The notes under the pieces were generated by a model, which was not told the DNA's origin, ran no database searches, and saw nothing but the letters and a program-made list of their open reading frames with translations. 64,000 nt of DNA. Source: Lytechinus pictus. Taxonomy: Eukaryota. Shown piece after piece: positions 63,547 through 64,000 of the stretch. Both the position numbers and the translations under genes were made by a program. Position 1 is the stretch's first letter. Each line of letters opens with the position of its first letter. The DNA lies in NCBI RefSeq assembly GCF_037042905.1, contig NC_087251.1, forward strand, positions 47,370,001-47,434,000, in the 5' to 3' direction.

Positions 63547-64000
63547 GTGGGTATCAAAAGAAACTCAGTTAAATCAATGCTCGATGTGTGTAGCCAAATT
63601 TGACATAAAATGAGGTGTCGGGATAAACTTAACCTATAAAGGGAGAACAAACTGACCGACACTTTGTGTGATCTCTCATTGGCTGTGTTATAAATAGCTA
63701 GTCCTGGCATAATACTGATTGAGATTATAGAGAATGGATTAGCCTAACATTTTATTTGTTTGGAGAAAATAAACATGTTTGTAGAGGAAAAGTACTTGTT
63801 TTGCTACCTGGTAACATACATAATTACTGTGGTATGATAGTATCGAGTCATGAATTAGTGTGTCATCACTTAATTGAGCCTATATTATAAGACTACACTG
63901 CTGAGAATGATGCATTATGGGTTAGGAACCTGGCCGGATTTGAGTAGTCGAGGGCTTTAGATGGCGCTAAACAAGGTTGCTTGATCGTATTTGCTTGATA

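Overview
Eukaryotic, AT-rich, repeat-dense animal genomic DNA. The repeat families, long G/C homopolymers and 2A-bearing LINE suggest a marine invertebrate, probably a sea urchin (inference). The one clear host gene is peroxiredoxin-5 (PRDX5, + strand): five coding exons at 55409-63546, with two in-frame ATGs (mitochondrial versus cytosolic/peroxisomal forms); the last exon lies beyond the window. Most of the rest is mobile DNA. (i) A near-intact CR1/L2-group LINE (~838-6651) has ORF1 = SAP + coiled coil + SGNH esterase, and ORF2 = 2A-like StopGo peptide (DIESNPGP) + PHD + APE + RT, broken only by a 1-nt homopolymer frameshift. (ii) A complete 4.4-kb Merlin/IS1595-family transposon (26194-30561) has ~700-730-bp TIRs, an 8-bp TSD and an open DDE transposase, and is inserted in a Helentron/HINE-like repeat. 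(iii) There is a 5'-truncated CR1-like LINE, a decayed P-element transposase and a decayed RTEX-like LINE. (iv) Many TTAA-flanked Kolobok/T2-type, hAT-type and Harbinger-type MITEs occur, several nested, plus tRNA-derived SINEs. Other structure: two ~120-bp tandem arrays (one built from a LINE C-terminal coding segment, one carrying CCAAT + GC boxes), four decayed copies of an unidentified minus-strand coiled-coil exon, and a duplicated hairpin-plus-promoter module. All family assignments are by motif recognition; no searches were run.
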